Of a stretch of 64,000 nt of DNA, positions 41,397 to 52,777 are shown piece by piece (position 1 is the first letter of the stretch; every line of letters starts with the position of its first letter). The notes beneath the pieces are model-generated. The model worked only from the letters and a program-made list of their open reading frames with translations. It had not been told where the DNA came from and made no database searches. Location: the sequence record SRR31156797_3824; one strand, 5' to 3'. Both the position numbers and the translations under genes were made by a program.

Positions 41397-41880
41397 TAAT
41401 AAGCAACAAACTCATGATAGATCGCGAAATTTGGCGTAATTATTTAACAGTGTGTCAACAAAAGGCGGCAATCATTCAGTAGCAAATTAATCTTTTTTTG
41501 GCTTATTCAGTAAATTTATCCGTAGTTTTTTTGGGGAGTATTCTAAGTGTGCGATGTATCATACTTATGATTTTTCCTATGGTTTTTGTGCTTATTGTCC
41601 ACAAATAAAATCACTATTGATGAGTTCGGCAATGGCATCACGTTCCCAAAAGATGCTAAACTACTGCCCTTGATAAATCTCATCTCAAATCTGTAATGTG
41701 ATTTTTAAAAGTATGTTGCGCTTTTGGTGATTAATTCACCAGGGCGGACAGACAATAATGTCGTGTCTAGAGACGGTTCAGTTTGTCGAGGCTTTAGCTT
41801 ATAAAAACGAAGATGACGAACCTTGTCTCGAATTTGCGCAATGAATGAATCTTTTTCCCGATAAAGTAGTGCAAGTGCGT

Positions 41881-43221
41881 ATGATTACAATAAAAAAGGG
41901 TTTGGACCTTCCTATCGCAGGAACTCCATCCCAGGTGATTAATGATGGTAAAACCATCAAGAAAGTCGCCTTGCTTGGCGAAGAGTACGTCGGCATGCGT
42001 CCTACTATGCATGTTCGCGTAGGTGATGAAGTAAAGAAAGCTCAAGTTCTTTTTGAAGATAAAAAGAATCTTGGGGTGAAGTTTACTTCGCCAGTCAGCG
42101 GTAAAGTTGTTGAAATTAACCGTGGTGCAAAACGTGTACTTCAATCTGTAGTGATCGAAGTTTCAGGTGATGACCAGGTGACATTTGACAAGTTTGAAGC
42201 CAACCAACTAGCAAGTCTTGACCGTGAAGCGGCAAGAACTCAACTGGTTGATTCTGGCCTTTGGACATCGCTGCGTACTCGTCCGTTCAGCAAGGTTCCT
42301 GCCGTTGATTCGACTACTCAGGCTATTTTTGTTACTGCTATGGATACTAATCCACTGGCAGCTGAGCCGACAGTTATCATCAATGACAATTCAGAAGCCT
42401 TCGTTGCTGGTCTAGATGTACTTTCAATCCTGACTGATGGCAAAGTGTACGTTTGTAAAAAAGGTACCAGTTTGCCACGCTCAACTCAGTCTAATGTTGA
42501 AGAACACGTCTTTGACGGCCCTCACCCAGCAGGTCTTGCTGGTACACATATGCATCATCTGTATCCTGTTAATGCAGAGAATGTAGCATGGAGTATTAAC
42601 TATCAGGACGTTATCGCATTCGGTAAGTTGTTCTTAACTGGAGAGTTGTACAACAAACGCGTTGTTTCTCTTGCAGGTCCTGTTGTTAATAACCCTCGTC
42701 TTATTCGTACAGTTCTGGGCGCAAGTCTTGATGAACTTACAGATAGCGAAATCATGCCTGGCGAAGTTCGTGTTATCTCTGGTTCTGTACTAACAGGTAC
42801 AGCAGCTTCAGGTCCACACGCCTATCTTGGCCGTTACCATTTACAAGTTTCCGTTTTACGTGAAGGTCGTGAGAAAGAGCTGTTTGGCTGGGCGATGCCT
42901 GGTAAGAACCAGTTCTCTGTAACGCGCTCTTTCTTAGGTCACTTGTTCAAAGGTCAGTTGTTCAATATGACAACGACGACAAATGGTAGTGATCGCGCAA
43001 TGGTGCCAATTGGTAACTATGAAAAAGTTATGCCGCTAGATATGGAGCCAACGTTGTTGCTTCGTGATCTTTGTGCTGGTGACGCTGATAGTGCTGTAAG
43101 CCTTGGCGCACTAGAACTTGATGAAGAAGATCTAGCATTGTGTACCTTTGTATGTCCGGGTAAATACGAGTACGGTCCGCTACTTCGTGAATGCCTCGAC
43201 AAGATTTTGAAAGAAGGGTAA
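41881..43221 (+). CDS. nqrA: Na+-translocating NADH:quinone reductase subunit A
   Basis: [14 protein letters not shown] start; [12 protein letters not shown]. Confidence 0.97.
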   Translation: MITIKKGLDLPIAGTPSQVINDGKTIKKVALLGEEYVGMRPTMHVRVGDEVKKAQVLFEDKKNLGVKFTSPVSGKVVEINRGAKRVLQSVVIEVSGDDQVTFDKFEANQLASLDREAARTQLVDSGLWTSLRTRPFSKVPAVDSTTQAIFVTAMDTNPLAAEPTVIINDNSEAFVAGLDVLSILTDGKVYVCKKGTSLPRSTQSNVEEHVFDGPHPAGLAGTHMHHLYPVNAENVAWSINYQDVIAFGKLFLTGELYNKRVVSLAGPVVNNPRLIRTVLGASLDELTDSEIMPGEVRVISGSVLTGTAASGPHAYLGRYHLQVSVLREGREKELFGWAMPGKNQFSVTRSFLGHLFKGQLFNMTTTTNGSDRAMVPIGNYEKVMPLDMEPTLLLRDLCAGDADSAVSLGALELDEEDLALCTFVCPGKYEYGPLLRECLDKILKEG

Positions 43222-43226
43222 TTTCC

Positions 43227-44471
43227 ATGGGCCTCAAAAAGTTTCTTGAAGACATCGAGCATCACTTTGAGCCAGGTGGTAAACATGAAAAGTGGTTTGC
43301 TTTATATGAAGCAGCTGCAACTCTGTTCTACACGCCAGGTCTAGTGACAAAGAGAGGCTCGCATGTCCGTGATAGTGTTGATTTAAAACGTATCATGATC
43401 ATGGTTTGGTTAGCGGTGTTCCCAGCAATGTTCTGGGGTATGTACAACGCGGGTGGCCAAGCTATCTCTGCACTTCATAACATGTATGCAAGTGACCAAC
43501 TGATTACCATTATTGATGGTAACTGGCATTACTGGTTAACCGAAATGCTTGGCGGCACAATGTCAGCCGATGCCGGTTGGGGCAGTAAAATGCTACTGGG
43601 TGCAACCTACTTCTTACCAATTTATGCAACGGTGTTTGTCGTCGGCGGCTTTTGGGAAGTGTTGTTCTGTATGGTGCGTAAGCATGAAGTTAACGAAGGT
43701 TTCTTTGTCACTTCCATCCTTTTCGCATTGATCGTTCCACCTACACTTCCTCTATGGCAAGCGGCTCTGGGTATTACCTTTGGTGTTGTTGTTGCTAAAG
43801 AGATTTTTGGTGGTACTGGTCGTAACTTCTTAAACCCAGCGTTAGCCGGTCGTGCATTCCTGTTCTTTGCATACCCAGCTCAAATCTCAGGTGATTTGGT
43901 TTGGACTGCTGCTGACGGTTTCTCTGGCGCAACTGCACTGAGTCAATGGGCTCAAGGTGGTAACGGTGCTTTGATGAACGCTGCAACGGGTCAAGCCATT
44001 ACTTGGATGGATGCTTTCATTGGTAACATCCCAGGTTCAATTGGTGAAGTTTCAACGCTTGCGTTAGCCATTGGTGCAGCTTTCATCGTGTACATGGGTA
44101 TTGCTTCATGGCGCATCATCTCAGGTGTGATGATCGGTATGATCGCTATTTCTACCTTGTTCAACGTGATTGGTTCTGACACTAACATGATGTTCAATAT
44201 GCCTTGGCACTGGCACCTAGTTCTGGGTGGTTTTGCATTCGGTATGTTCTTCATGGCAACGGACCCAGTATCAGCGTCGTTTACAGATAAAGGTAAATGG
44301 GCATACGGTATTTTGATTGGCGCAATGTGTGTGCTAATCCGTGTGGTAAACCCAGCATACCCAGAAGGCATGATGCTAGCGATTCTATTCGCTAACCTGT
44401 TTGCTCCTCTGTTCGACCATATTGTGGTAGAGAAAAACATCAAGCGGAGATTATCGCGCTATGGCAAGTAA
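43227..44471 (+). CDS. nqrB: Na+-NQR subunit B
   Basis: [17 protein letters not shown]-attachment motif. Confidence 0.97.
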   Translation: MGLKKFLEDIEHHFEPGGKHEKWFALYEAAATLFYTPGLVTKRGSHVRDSVDLKRIMIMVWLAVFPAMFWGMYNAGGQAISALHNMYASDQLITIIDGNWHYWLTEMLGGTMSADAGWGSKMLLGATYFLPIYATVFVVGGFWEVLFCMVRKHEVNEGFFVTSILFALIVPPTLPLWQAALGITFGVVVAKEIFGGTGRNFLNPALAGRAFLFFAYPAQISGDLVWTAADGFSGATALSQWAQGGNGALMNAATGQAITWMDAFIGNIPGSIGEVSTLALAIGAAFIVYMGIASWRIISGVMIGMIAISTLFNVIGSDTNMMFNMPWHWHLVLGGFAFGMFFMATDPVSASFTDKGKWAYGILIGAMCVLIRVVNPAYPEGMMLAILFANLFAPLFDHIVVEKNIKRRLSRYGK

Positions 44472-45243
44472 TAACGATAGCATTAAGAAAACGCTGTTTG
44501 TTGTTATCGCATTGAGCCTAGTGTGCTCAATCATAGTATCGACAGCGGCGGTTGGCCTGCGAGATAAGCAACAAGCGAATGCTAAGCTTGATAAGCAAAG
44601 CAAAATCGTAGAAGTAGCAGGCATCACTGAAGAGGGTAAAGTTCCAGAACTTTACGCTAAATACATTGAGCCACGTCTTGTTGAGTTTTCAACGGGTGAA
44701 TTCGTAGCTGAAACATCAGATGGTTCAATCGCAGAAAACTACGATCAACGTAAAGCAGCGAAAGACAATGCAACATCAGTGAAGCTTACAGCTGAGCAAG
44801 ATGATGCGAAAATCTTACGTCGTGCAAATACAGGTATTGTTTATCTTGTAAAAGATGGCGACCAAGTATCTAAAGTCATTATTCCAGTTCACGGTAACGG
44901 CCTATGGTCAATGATGTACGCTTTCGTAGCGGTGGAAACGGATGGTAATACCGTTTCTGGCATCACTTATTATGAGCAAGGTGAAACTCCTGGATTGGGT
45001 GGTGAAGTTGAAAACCCTAATTGGCGCGCTCAATTCGTGGATAAGAAACTTTATGATGAGAACTACAAGCCAGCAATTAAGGTGGTAAAAGGTGGTGCTC
45101 CTGAAGGTTCTGAGCACGGTGTTGATGCCCTGTCAGGTGCAACACTAACCAGTAATGGTGTTCAACACACATTCGACTTCTGGTTCGGTGATATGGGCTT
45201 TGGTCCATTCCTGGCAAAAGTTCGTGACGGAGGTCTGAACTAA
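44461..45243 (+). CDS. nqrC: Na+-NQR subunit C
   Basis: [19 protein letters not shown]. Confidence 0.97.
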   Translation: MASNNDSIKKTLFVVIALSLVCSIIVSTAAVGLRDKQQANAKLDKQSKIVEVAGITEEGKVPELYAKYIEPRLVEFSTGEFVAETSDGSIAENYDQRKAAKDNATSVKLTAEQDDAKILRRANTGIVYLVKDGDQVSKVIIPVHGNGLWSMMYAFVAVETDGNTVSGITYYEQGETPGLGGEVENPNWRAQFVDKKLYDENYKPAIKVVKGGAPEGSEHGVDALSGATLTSNGVQHTFDFWFGDMGFGPFLAKVRDGGLN

Positions 45244-45875
45244 TGTCTAGTGCAAAAGATATTAAAAAGAGTGTGTTAGCGCCTGTATTGGATAACAACC
45301 CAATTGCGCTACAAGTTCTTGGTGTGTGTTCTGCTTTGGCGGTAACAACCAAACTTGAAACGGCTTTTGTTATGACTCTAGCGGTAATGTTTGTTACAGC
45401 TTTATCTAACTTTTTCGTTTCTCTTATCCGTAATCACATTCCGGGCAGTGTACGTATTATCGTTCAGATGGCGATCATCGCATCTTTGGTAATCGTGGTA
45501 GACCAATTTCTAAAAGCTTACCTTTACGATATTTCGAAGCAGCTTTCGGTTTTCGTTGGTCTTATCATCACTAACTGTATCGTAATGGGTCGTGCTGAAG
45601 CATTTGCAATGAAGTCTGCGCCAATTCCTTCTTTAATCGATGGTATTGGTAACGGTCTAGGCTACGGTTTCGTACTTATCACTGTTGGTTTCTTCCGTGA
45701 ACTGCTTGGCTCTGGCAAGTTGTTTGGTATGGAAGTTCTACCATTGGTGAAAGACGGTGGTTGGTATCAACCCAATGGTCTAATGCTATTGGCACCTTCT
45801 GCATTTTTCCTTATCGGCTTTATGATTTGGGCAATTCGTACCTTTAAGCCTGAACAAGTAGAAGCGAAGGAGTAA
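45243..45875 (+). CDS. nqrD: Na+-NQR subunit D
   Basis: [30 protein letters not shown]. Confidence 0.97.
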   Translation: MSSAKDIKKSVLAPVLDNNPIALQVLGVCSALAVTTKLETAFVMTLAVMFVTALSNFFVSLIRNHIPGSVRIIVQMAIIASLVIVVDQFLKAYLYDISKQLSVFVGLIITNCIVMGRAEAFAMKSAPIPSLIDGIGNGLGYGFVLITVGFFRELLGSGKLFGMEVLPLVKDGGWYQPNGLMLLAPSAFFLIGFMIWAIRTFKPEQVEAKE

Positions 45876-45882
45876 GGTCGTC

Positions 45883-46479
45883 ATGGAACATTATATTAGC
45901 TTATTAGTTAAAGCGATTTTCATTGAGAACATGGCACTGTCCTTCTTCTTAGGTATGTGTACGTTCTTAGCGGTATCGAAAAAAGTTAAGACTTCTTTTG
46001 GTTTAGGTGTTGCTGTTGTTGTTGTATTGACGATAGCGGTTCCGGTAAACAACCTTGTTTACAACCTAGTTCTTAGAGAAAACGCTTTAGTAGAAGGTGT
46101 GGATCTTAGCTTCCTAAACTTCATTACTTTCATCGGTGTTATCGCTGCATTAGTACAGATTCTGGAAATGGTGTTAGACCGCTTTTTCCCACCTTTGTAC
46201 AACGCGCTGGGCATCTTCCTGCCGTTGATCACAGTAAACTGTGCGATCTTCGGTGGTGTATCTTTCATGGTACAACGTGATTACAACTTCGCAGAATCTG
46301 TCGTATACGGCTTTGGTTCTGGTGTAGGTTGGATGCTGGCTATCGTAGCTCTTGCAGGTATCCGTGAGAAAATGAAGTATTCTGATGTACCTCCTGGTCT
46401 ACGTGGTCTTGGTATTACGTTTATTTCGGTAGGTTTAATGGCGTTAGGCTTTATGTCTTTCTCTGGTGTTCAACTGTAA
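45883..46479 (+). CDS. nqrE: Na+-NQR subunit E
   Basis: [24 protein letters not shown]. Confidence 0.97.
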   Translation: MEHYISLLVKAIFIENMALSFFLGMCTFLAVSKKVKTSFGLGVAVVVVLTIAVPVNNLVYNLVLRENALVEGVDLSFLNFITFIGVIAALVQILEMVLDRFFPPLYNALGIFLPLITVNCAIFGGVSFMVQRDYNFAESVVYGFGSGVGWMLAIVALAGIREKMKYSDVPPGLRGLGITFISVGLMALGFMSFSGVQL

Positions 46480-46512
46480 GTCGGGTAAACCGCAACAATT
46501 AAGGAATAGTCA

Positions 46513-47736
46513 ATGGACATTATTCTTGGTGTAGTGATGTTTACTCTGATTGTACTGGCTCTAGTACTAGTGATTCTTTTCGCTAAGTCTAAGCTTGTAC
46601 CAACAGGTGACATTACAATTTCTGTCAATGGCGATCCTGAAAAAGCGATCGTTACACAACCAGGTAGCAAGCTACTGGGCGCACTAGCCGGTTCTGGTGT
46701 ATTCGTATCTTCTGCTTGTGGTGGCGGTGGCTCATGTGGTCAGTGTCGCGTAAAAATCAAATCTGGTGGTGGTGATATCCTTCCTACTGAGCTTGACCAT
46801 ATTACTAAAGGTGAAGCGCGTGAAGGTGAGCGTCTAGCGTGTCAGGTAGCAGTGAAAACTGACATGGAAATCGAACTTCCAGAAGAGATCTTCGGTGTTA
46901 AGAAGTGGGAATGTACGGTTATCTCAAACGATAACAAAGCGACATTCATTAAAGAGCTTAAGCTACAAATACCAGATGGCGAATCAGTACCTTTCCGTGC
47001 TGGTGGTTACATCCAGATTGAAGCTCCAGTTCACCACGTGAAATACGCAGACTTCGATGTACCTGAAGAGTATCGTGAAGATTGGGACAAATTTAATCTG
47101 TTCCGCTACGAGTCTAAAGTAAACGAGGAGACTATCCGCGCTTACTCAATGGCTAACTACCCAGAAGAAGAAGGTATTATTATGCTAAACGTGCGTATCG
47201 CTACGCCGCCGCCTAATAATCCTGACGTACCACCTGGTATCATGTCTTCGTACATCTGGTCGCTTAAAGAAGGTGACAAATGTACGATCTCTGGTCCATT
47301 TGGTGAGTTCTTCGCGAAAGATACCGATGCTGAAATGGTCTTCATTGGTGGTGGTGCTGGTATGGCTCCGATGCGTTCGCACATCTTTGACCAACTTAAG
47401 CGTCTAAACTCTAAGCGTAAGATGTCTTTCTGGTACGGTGCACGTTCTAAGCGTGAAATGTTCTACGTGGAAGATTTCGACGGCCTACAAGCAGAAAACG
47501 ACAACTTCGTTTGGCACTGTGCTCTGTCTGACCCAATGCCAGAAGATAACTGGGATGGTTACACAGGCTTCATCCACAACGTATTGTATGAAAACTATCT
47601 GAAGGATCATGAAGCTCCTGAAGATTGTGAGTACTACATGTGTGGTCCACCGATGATGAACGCAGCTGTTATTGGTATGCTGAAAGATCTCGGTGTAGAA
47701 GATGAAAACATCTTATTGGATGACTTCGGTGGTTAA
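46513..47736 (+). CDS. nqrF: Na+-NQR subunit F
   Basis: [10 protein letters not shown] 2Fe-2S motif, [16 protein letters not shown]. Confidence 0.98.
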   Translation: MDIILGVVMFTLIVLALVLVILFAKSKLVPTGDITISVNGDPEKAIVTQPGSKLLGALAGSGVFVSSACGGGGSCGQCRVKIKSGGGDILPTELDHITKGEAREGERLACQVAVKTDMEIELPEEIFGVKKWECTVISNDNKATFIKELKLQIPDGESVPFRAGGYIQIEAPVHHVKYADFDVPEEYREDWDKFNLFRYESKVNEETIRAYSMANYPEEEGIIMLNVRIATPPPNNPDVPPGIMSSYIWSLKEGDKCTISGPFGEFFAKDTDAEMVFIGGGAGMAPMRSHIFDQLKRLNSKRKMSFWYGARSKREMFYVEDFDGLQAENDNFVWHCALSDPMPEDNWDGYTGFIHNVLYENYLKDHEAPEDCEYYMCGPPMMNAAVIGMLKDLGVEDENILLDDFGG

Positions 47737-47755
47737 TATTTGTTAACCGACTGAT

Positions 47756-47790
47756 TTATGGCTGACTCAATGGGTCAGCCATAATTTTTT
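47756..47790 (+). terminator. terminator after nqrF
   Basis: TTATGGCTGACTC-AAT-GGGTCAGCCATAA then TTTTTT. Confidence 0.8.
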
Positions 47791-48032
47791 GTGAGTAAAT
47801 AAAGGGAATTGCATAGGGTTAATGTTAACTCTATTAATTGAATACTCACGATGGATTGTTTAAACAATGGCTATTTAAATCAAACAATAAAATGTCCCTT
47901 AGTGGGCGCTTTGAACGACGAGTCATTCGTTGATGATGTTTGAGAACCATTGATTCACAGAGACGGTATTGATAGTTGAATTGGTTATCGTTCCAATTCC
48001 CTATATTTATTTGGATGAATAGGAGTAAGCAA

Positions 48033-49040
48033 GTGAAAACTTGGCTTGTTGCATTAGCTTCTTTATTAATTTTATCTGGTTGTGAAAAACCAGTAGAGCA
48101 GATCCACATTAGTGGCCCAACAATGGGTACCACGTATAATATTAAGTACATTCAACAAGATGGTATTCCAGCTTCTGATGTATTGCACAAAGAAGTCGAT
48201 CGTCTACTTGAAGAAGTTAACGACCAAATGTCGACCTATCGTAAGAGTTCTGAGTTAAGCCGCTTTAATCAGTATCAAGATACCGCGCCTTTTGAAGTTT
48301 CTCCTCAAACTGCGACTGTTGTTCGTGAAGCTATCCGCTTAAACGAAGTGACTCTTGGTGCATTGGATGTCACCGTCGGCCCTTTGGTTAACTTATGGGG
48401 CTTTGGTCCTGAGGCTCGTCCTGAAGTCGTACCTACAGATGAAGAGCTTGCTGAGCGCAAAGCTAACATTGGTATTGAGCATTTAACGGTTGATGGAAAT
48501 CAGTTAAGCAAAGACTTACCTCATTTGTACGTTGACTTATCAACCATTGCGAAAGGTTGGGGTGTTGATGTCGTAGCAGACTATATTCAATCGCAAGGCA
48601 TTGAAAACTACATGGTTGAAGTTGGCGGTGAAATTCGTTTGAAAGGCGTGAACCGTGAAGGTACGGGTTGGCGTATCGCCGTTGAAAAGCCGACCGTTGA
48701 TGAGCGTACTATTCAAGAAATTATTGAACCTGGTGATTATGCGATCGCAACTTCAGGGGATTATCGTAATTACTTTGAACGAGATGGTGTACGTTATTCT
48801 CACATTATTGACCCGCAAACTGGGCGTCCGATTAATAACCGTGTAGTATCTGTCACTGTTTTAGATAAGTCGTGTATGACAGCGGATGGTCTTGCAACTG
48901 GCTTGATGGTTCTTGGTGAAGAGAAAGGTATTGAAATTGCCGAGCAACACAATATTCCTGTGTTTATGATTGTGAAAACGGATGACGGTTTTGAAGAAAT
49001 CTCTTCAAGCGCATTCAAACCATTCTTAAACCGTAAATAA
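48033..49040 (+). CDS. apbE: FAD:protein FMN transferase lipoprotein
   Basis: GTG start after AGGAG; lipobox LSGC; TMGT, DLSTIAKGW, ATSGDYR, HIIDP. Confidence 0.95.
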   Translation: MKTWLVALASLLILSGCEKPVEQIHISGPTMGTTYNIKYIQQDGIPASDVLHKEVDRLLEEVNDQMSTYRKSSELSRFNQYQDTAPFEVSPQTATVVREAIRLNEVTLGALDVTVGPLVNLWGFGPEARPEVVPTDEELAERKANIGIEHLTVDGNQLSKDLPHLYVDLSTIAKGWGVDVVADYIQSQGIENYMVEVGGEIRLKGVNREGTGWRIAVEKPTVDERTIQEIIEPGDYAIATSGDYRNYFERDGVRYSHIIDPQTGRPINNRVVSVTVLDKSCMTADGLATGLMVLGEEKGIEIAEQHNIPVFMIVKTDDGFEEISSSAFKPFLNRK

Positions 49041-49053
49041 GTGAGTAAGTGGT

Positions 49054-49287
49054 ATGAGTACATTTTTGATTACTTTCGGTGTGTTCTTAGCGGTAATTGC
49101 TGCTATGGCTGTGGGCTACATCTTTCAGAAGAAAGTGGTTAAAGGTAGCTGTGGTGGCTTAGGTGCTGTGGGTATCGAGAAGGTGTGCAATTGTCCTGAA
49201 CCATGTGATGCCCGTAAAAAGCGTGAGGCGAGAGAAGCCGCTCGTGCTGAAAAACTGGCTGCTTGGGAAAAAGACCGAATCGCTTAG
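49054..49287 (+). CDS. nqrM: Na+-NQR maturation protein NqrM
   Basis: TM helix then KGSCGGL..CNC..C; follows apbE. Confidence 0.9.
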   Translation: MSTFLITFGVFLAVIAAMAVGYIFQKKVVKGSCGGLGAVGIEKVCNCPEPCDARKKREAREAARAEKLAAWEKDRIA

Positions 49288-49310
49288 CTTTAATCAGTCA
49301 CTCGAATTGC

Positions 49311-49343
49311 AAAGGGCTTTACCGCTAGGGTAAAGCCCTTTTT
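49311..49343. terminator. bidirectional terminator
   Basis: AAAGGGCTTTACC-GCTAG-GGTAAAGCCCTTTTT. Confidence 0.85.
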
Positions 49344-49374
49344 CATTGCCTGTATTTCAACGCGAGAATCTTGG

Positions 49375-50598
49375 TTAACGGTTGATTAACTGGTTTCGTC
49401 CGTTTTCTTTTGCCATATACAACCGATTATCGGCTAACTTTATTTGCTCATCTAAGCTGCCATTGATGTCAGCAGCACCAATACTGATGGTATATTTGAT
49501 AGTTTGGCCTAAGTGGTTCACTTCGTCGGCTTCTATGTAACGACGCATTCTATCGAGTTGAAGGCAGAATTTATCAAACTGGTCATCATAGTAAATGCAG
49601 AACTCTTCGCCGCCAAAACGAGCCACAATCTGATCGGAAAAAAACACTTTAAGCACTTTTGCGATGTGGCTTAATGCTGCATCGCCACCGTCATGCCCAT
49701 ATTGGTCGTTGACCTTCTTAAAGAAATCAATATCAAGCATAGCGATGCACCGCTTAGCGGCACTCTTGCCTATTTTGTCGAACAGGTAACGACGGTTCCA
49801 AAGCTCAGTCAGCGCATCTTGATTGGCGAGTTTAAACAAGGCTTTTGTTGCTTCCTGCATATTGAGTAACTGGTTAACTCGGCAGAACAGTTCTTCCTGA
49901 TTAAACGGTTTGTGCAAGAAATCATTGGCACCGGCTTTCAGATACTGCGCGGTCATCGTCCTATCATCGGAACCGGATAGCCCGAGAATCGCGATGTCGT
50001 CGTTAGCGGTTTGGCGACGTATGCGACGGATCATTTCTAGCCCGCTCATCTCCGGCATGTAGTTGTCGCTGATGATCAAACTAATGTCTGGAGTCTGAGC
50101 GAGGATGTGTAATGCTTCCTGACCATTTGAAGCCTGTGTAGTCCGGATGTATTGGGATTCCAAAAGTTGGCTGATGGTATTACGAACCATTGCACTGTCA
50201 TCGACAATAAGAGCATGGTGAAATTGATTGTTCTTAATTCTTTTCGCGAAAGGAATGACGTATTGAACTGAACTCAAACTGTCTTTAAGTATGTAATCTA
50301 ATACGCCTTTTCGTAGCAACTCTTGACGGGTTTCTTGTTCGAATTTTCCCGTTAAAACAACCACTTTATGCTGTTGTTCAAGTAAAAGATCAATCACTTC
50401 ACCATTCGGGGCATCTGGCAAATAATAGCCTGAGACGACGAAAGCAAAACTCTGCTGCTGATCTAATATCTGTCTGGTTTGGCTTAAGCTATTACCTAAT
50501 GAAACTTCAAACCCCAACTCCGTAAGCTGATTACTTAAGTAGTTACGGAAGATTCGACTGCCATCTATGACTAAAACAGATTTACTTGAACGATTCAC
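49375..50598 (-). CDS. REC-REC-GGDEF diguanylate cyclase response regulator
   Basis: Two receiver-like domains; DALT..NRR, DIDFFKKVNDQYGH, RFGGEEF. Confidence 0.92.
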   Translation of the reverse strand: MNRSSKSVLVIDGSRIFRNYLSNQLTELGFEVSLGNSLSQTRQILDQQQSFAFVVSGYYLPDAPNGEVIDLLLEQQHKVVVLTGKFEQETRQELLRKGVLDYILKDSLSSVQYVIPFAKRIKNNQFHHALIVDDSAMVRNTISQLLESQYIRTTQASNGQEALHILAQTPDISLIISDNYMPEMSGLEMIRRIRRQTANDDIAILGLSGSDDRTMTAQYLKAGANDFLHKPFNQEELFCRVNQLLNMQEATKALFKLANQDALTELWNRRYLFDKIGKSAAKRCIAMLDIDFFKKVNDQYGHDGGDAALSHIAKVLKVFFSDQIVARFGGEEFCIYYDDQFDKFCLQLDRMRRYIEADEVNHLGQTIKYTISIGAADINGSLDEQIKLADNRLYMAKENGRNQLINR

Positions 50599-50774
50599 GC
50601 TAGCGTTACCTTAAACATCATTAACTCAGAACTGTGTTCTGTATCCGGCCGCCTGTTATACATCAGTTCTAAACTATCAGCTGTAGGAATAAGATGATTC
50701 ACGCTCAGACACGTCGCTTTTTATTTCACAGCAGAAAGAGGTTTCCTTGGGGGAAAAAAATAGCCTACAATACA

Positions 50775-50790
50775 CTGTGTTTATATACAG
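50775..50790. promoter_or_regulatory. LexA (SOS) box of dinB
   Basis: CTGTGTTTATATACAG, just downstream of a TACAAT -10-like element. Confidence 0.88.
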
Positions 50791-50797
50791 TTTTGGT

Positions 50798-51871
50798 ATG
50801 GTGATGGAGCAAGGTCCAGTGCGAAAAATAATTCATATCGACATGGATTGTTTTTATGCTGCGGTTGAGATGAGAGATAACCCTCATTACCGCGGTAGAC
50901 CTTTAGCTGTTGGGGGACATGAGAAACAACGTGGTGTGCTAAGCACTTGTAATTATGAAGCGCGCAAGTTTGGTATTCGTTCTGCCATGCCAACTGGGCA
51001 AGCATTGAAGCTTTGCCCTCACTTACTTGTGGTTCCTGGACGAATGTCGGTATACAAAGATGTGTCACGTAAAATACATGACATTTTTCGACGCTACACA
51101 TCAATCATTGAGCCTTTGTCTTTGGATGAAGCGTATTTGGATGTGACCGACGTAAAACTCTGCCATGGCAGTGCCACCTTAATTGCTCAGTCTATCCGTC
51201 GCGATATCTGGAATGAGCTTGAATTGACCGCTTCTGCTGGTGTGGCTCCGGTAAAGTTTCTAGCCAAAGTCGCTTCAGATATCAATAAGCCTAATGGGCA
51301 GTTTGTTGTCACCCCAGATGAAGTTCAGACAGTGGTTGATAAGCTACCTTTGGAGAAAATACCCGGAGTAGGTAAAGTCAGTTTGGAAAAACTTCATCAA
51401 GCGGGGTTCTTTGTCTGTGAGGATATTAAAAACAGCGATTATCGAGAGTTGCTTCTGCGTTTTGGCCGTCTTGGCGCGTCTTTGTGGACAAAAAGCCATG
51501 GTATCGATAATCGTGAAGTTGTGGTTGAACGAGAGAGGAAATCAGTTGGTGTAGAACGAACATTTAGCCAAAATATTTCTTCTTACGATGAATGCTGGCA
51601 AGTGATTGAAGAGAAATTGTTTCCTGAGCTGGATATCCGTTTAACCAAAGCGAGCCCTGAACGAGCCATAATCAAACAAGGTATTAAGGTCAAGTTCGCA
51701 GATTTTCAATTGACGACCATCGAGCATATCCATCCCGAGCTAGAGTTAGAGGATTTTAAGTCACTGCTCAGTGAAGTGTTAAAGCGACAAAAAGGCAGAG
51801 AGATTCGTCTACTCGGCTTATCGGTAATGCTAAAACCTGAAGAGCAGGTGAAGCAGCTGAGTTTTTTCTAG
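50798..51871 (+). CDS. dinB: DNA polymerase IV
   Basis: RKIIHIDMDCFYAAVE, YEARKFGIRSAM, SLDEAYLD; start 50798 or 50804. Confidence 0.97.
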   Translation: MVMEQGPVRKIIHIDMDCFYAAVEMRDNPHYRGRPLAVGGHEKQRGVLSTCNYEARKFGIRSAMPTGQALKLCPHLLVVPGRMSVYKDVSRKIHDIFRRYTSIIEPLSLDEAYLDVTDVKLCHGSATLIAQSIRRDIWNELELTASAGVAPVKFLAKVASDINKPNGQFVVTPDEVQTVVDKLPLEKIPGVGKVSLEKLHQAGFFVCEDIKNSDYRELLLRFGRLGASLWTKSHGIDNREVVVERERKSVGVERTFSQNISSYDECWQVIEEKLFPELDIRLTKASPERAIIKQGIKVKFADFQLTTIEHIHPELELEDFKSLLSEVLKRQKGREIRLLGLSVMLKPEEQVKQLSFF

Positions 51872-51985
51872 CCCGTTGCTATTTTTAGCCAACCTGCCTA
51901 TTCTACGGAACATTATTAACTTTCTGTTAACTTGCTAGTGGAAACTATTGAGTATAGTGAGTGAAAACAGGATTTAGAGACAATT

Positions 51986-52729
51986 ATGAACAAAACACTT
52001 TTACTCTCGTTACTATTTTTCAGTTCATCTGTGTTGGCTGCGCAATGTAAAGTGGATGTGCAAAATGAAGTTCACCTTAGCGGTTCTAATGTTGAAATTT
52101 ATACTACCAGTGGTGATACCGCGGTAATAGATGGCAGTAATCGACTGTACCTACATGGTGAGCAAATAGAGCTAGACAGCTCACAACAACAAGCAATAGA
52201 AGATTATCGTGAGAGTGTTAGCTCTACTTTGCCTAAAGCAAAAGCGCTAGCTCAAAAAGGAATGGATGTCGCTAGTGAGCTGCTTGATGATGTCGCAGCA
52301 AGCTTAGATTCACCGAATGCTTTTGATGATGTGAAACAATCAATGCAATCGTTTTTCGCTGATATCGAGAGCCGTTACTATGAGAATGGTGATTTTGTAT
52401 TGCCAGCCAATAGCTTCGATTCCATGGCTGCCCAGTGGCAGCAAGATTTTGAAAAAGCCAAAGCACTTTTTAACCAAGAGTTTTTCTCTAGTGCGTTTGA
52501 TGCACTTTCACAGAAGATGAAACAAGAGGGTGGTCTGAATCTTACTGAGCTAAGTAAAACGATGGATGAATTAACCGCTAAGTTTGAAGCTCGCCTCAAA
52601 GAGCATGCCGCCGGTGTAGAGAAAGAAGGCAAAGCCTTGTGTGATTCATTGGATGACATTGTTGAGCAAGAGCAAGATTTACACAAAAAAATACCCGAAC
52701 TAAAGAACTATCAAGTTTTTACGATCTAA
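51986..52729 (+). CDS. secreted YggN/DUF2884-like protein
   Basis: Signal peptide, N-terminal C.V motif, helical body, C-terminal LC..L; family call by recall and synteny. Confidence 0.7.
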   Translation: MNKTLLLSLLFFSSSVLAAQCKVDVQNEVHLSGSNVEIYTTSGDTAVIDGSNRLYLHGEQIELDSSQQQAIEDYRESVSSTLPKAKALAQKGMDVASELLDDVAASLDSPNAFDDVKQSMQSFFADIESRYYENGDFVLPANSFDSMAAQWQQDFEKAKALFNQEFFSSAFDALSQKMKQEGGLNLTELSKTMDELTAKFEARLKEHAAGVEKEGKALCDSLDDIVEQEQDLHKKIPELKNYQVFTI

Positions 52730-52732
52730 ACT

Positions 52733-52759
52733 AAAAGAGTGCATTAAGCGCTCTTTTTT
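52733..52759 (+). terminator. terminator after the YggN-like gene
   Basis: AAAAGAGTGC-ATTAA-GCGCTCTTTTTT. Confidence 0.7.
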
Positions 52760-52777
52760 ATGATTGTTGAAGGTTAG

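Noticed and set aside
47846..48151. 101-aa minus-strand ORF across the apbE start
   Set aside because: Antisense to apbE and the inverted-repeat element; composition not protein-like.
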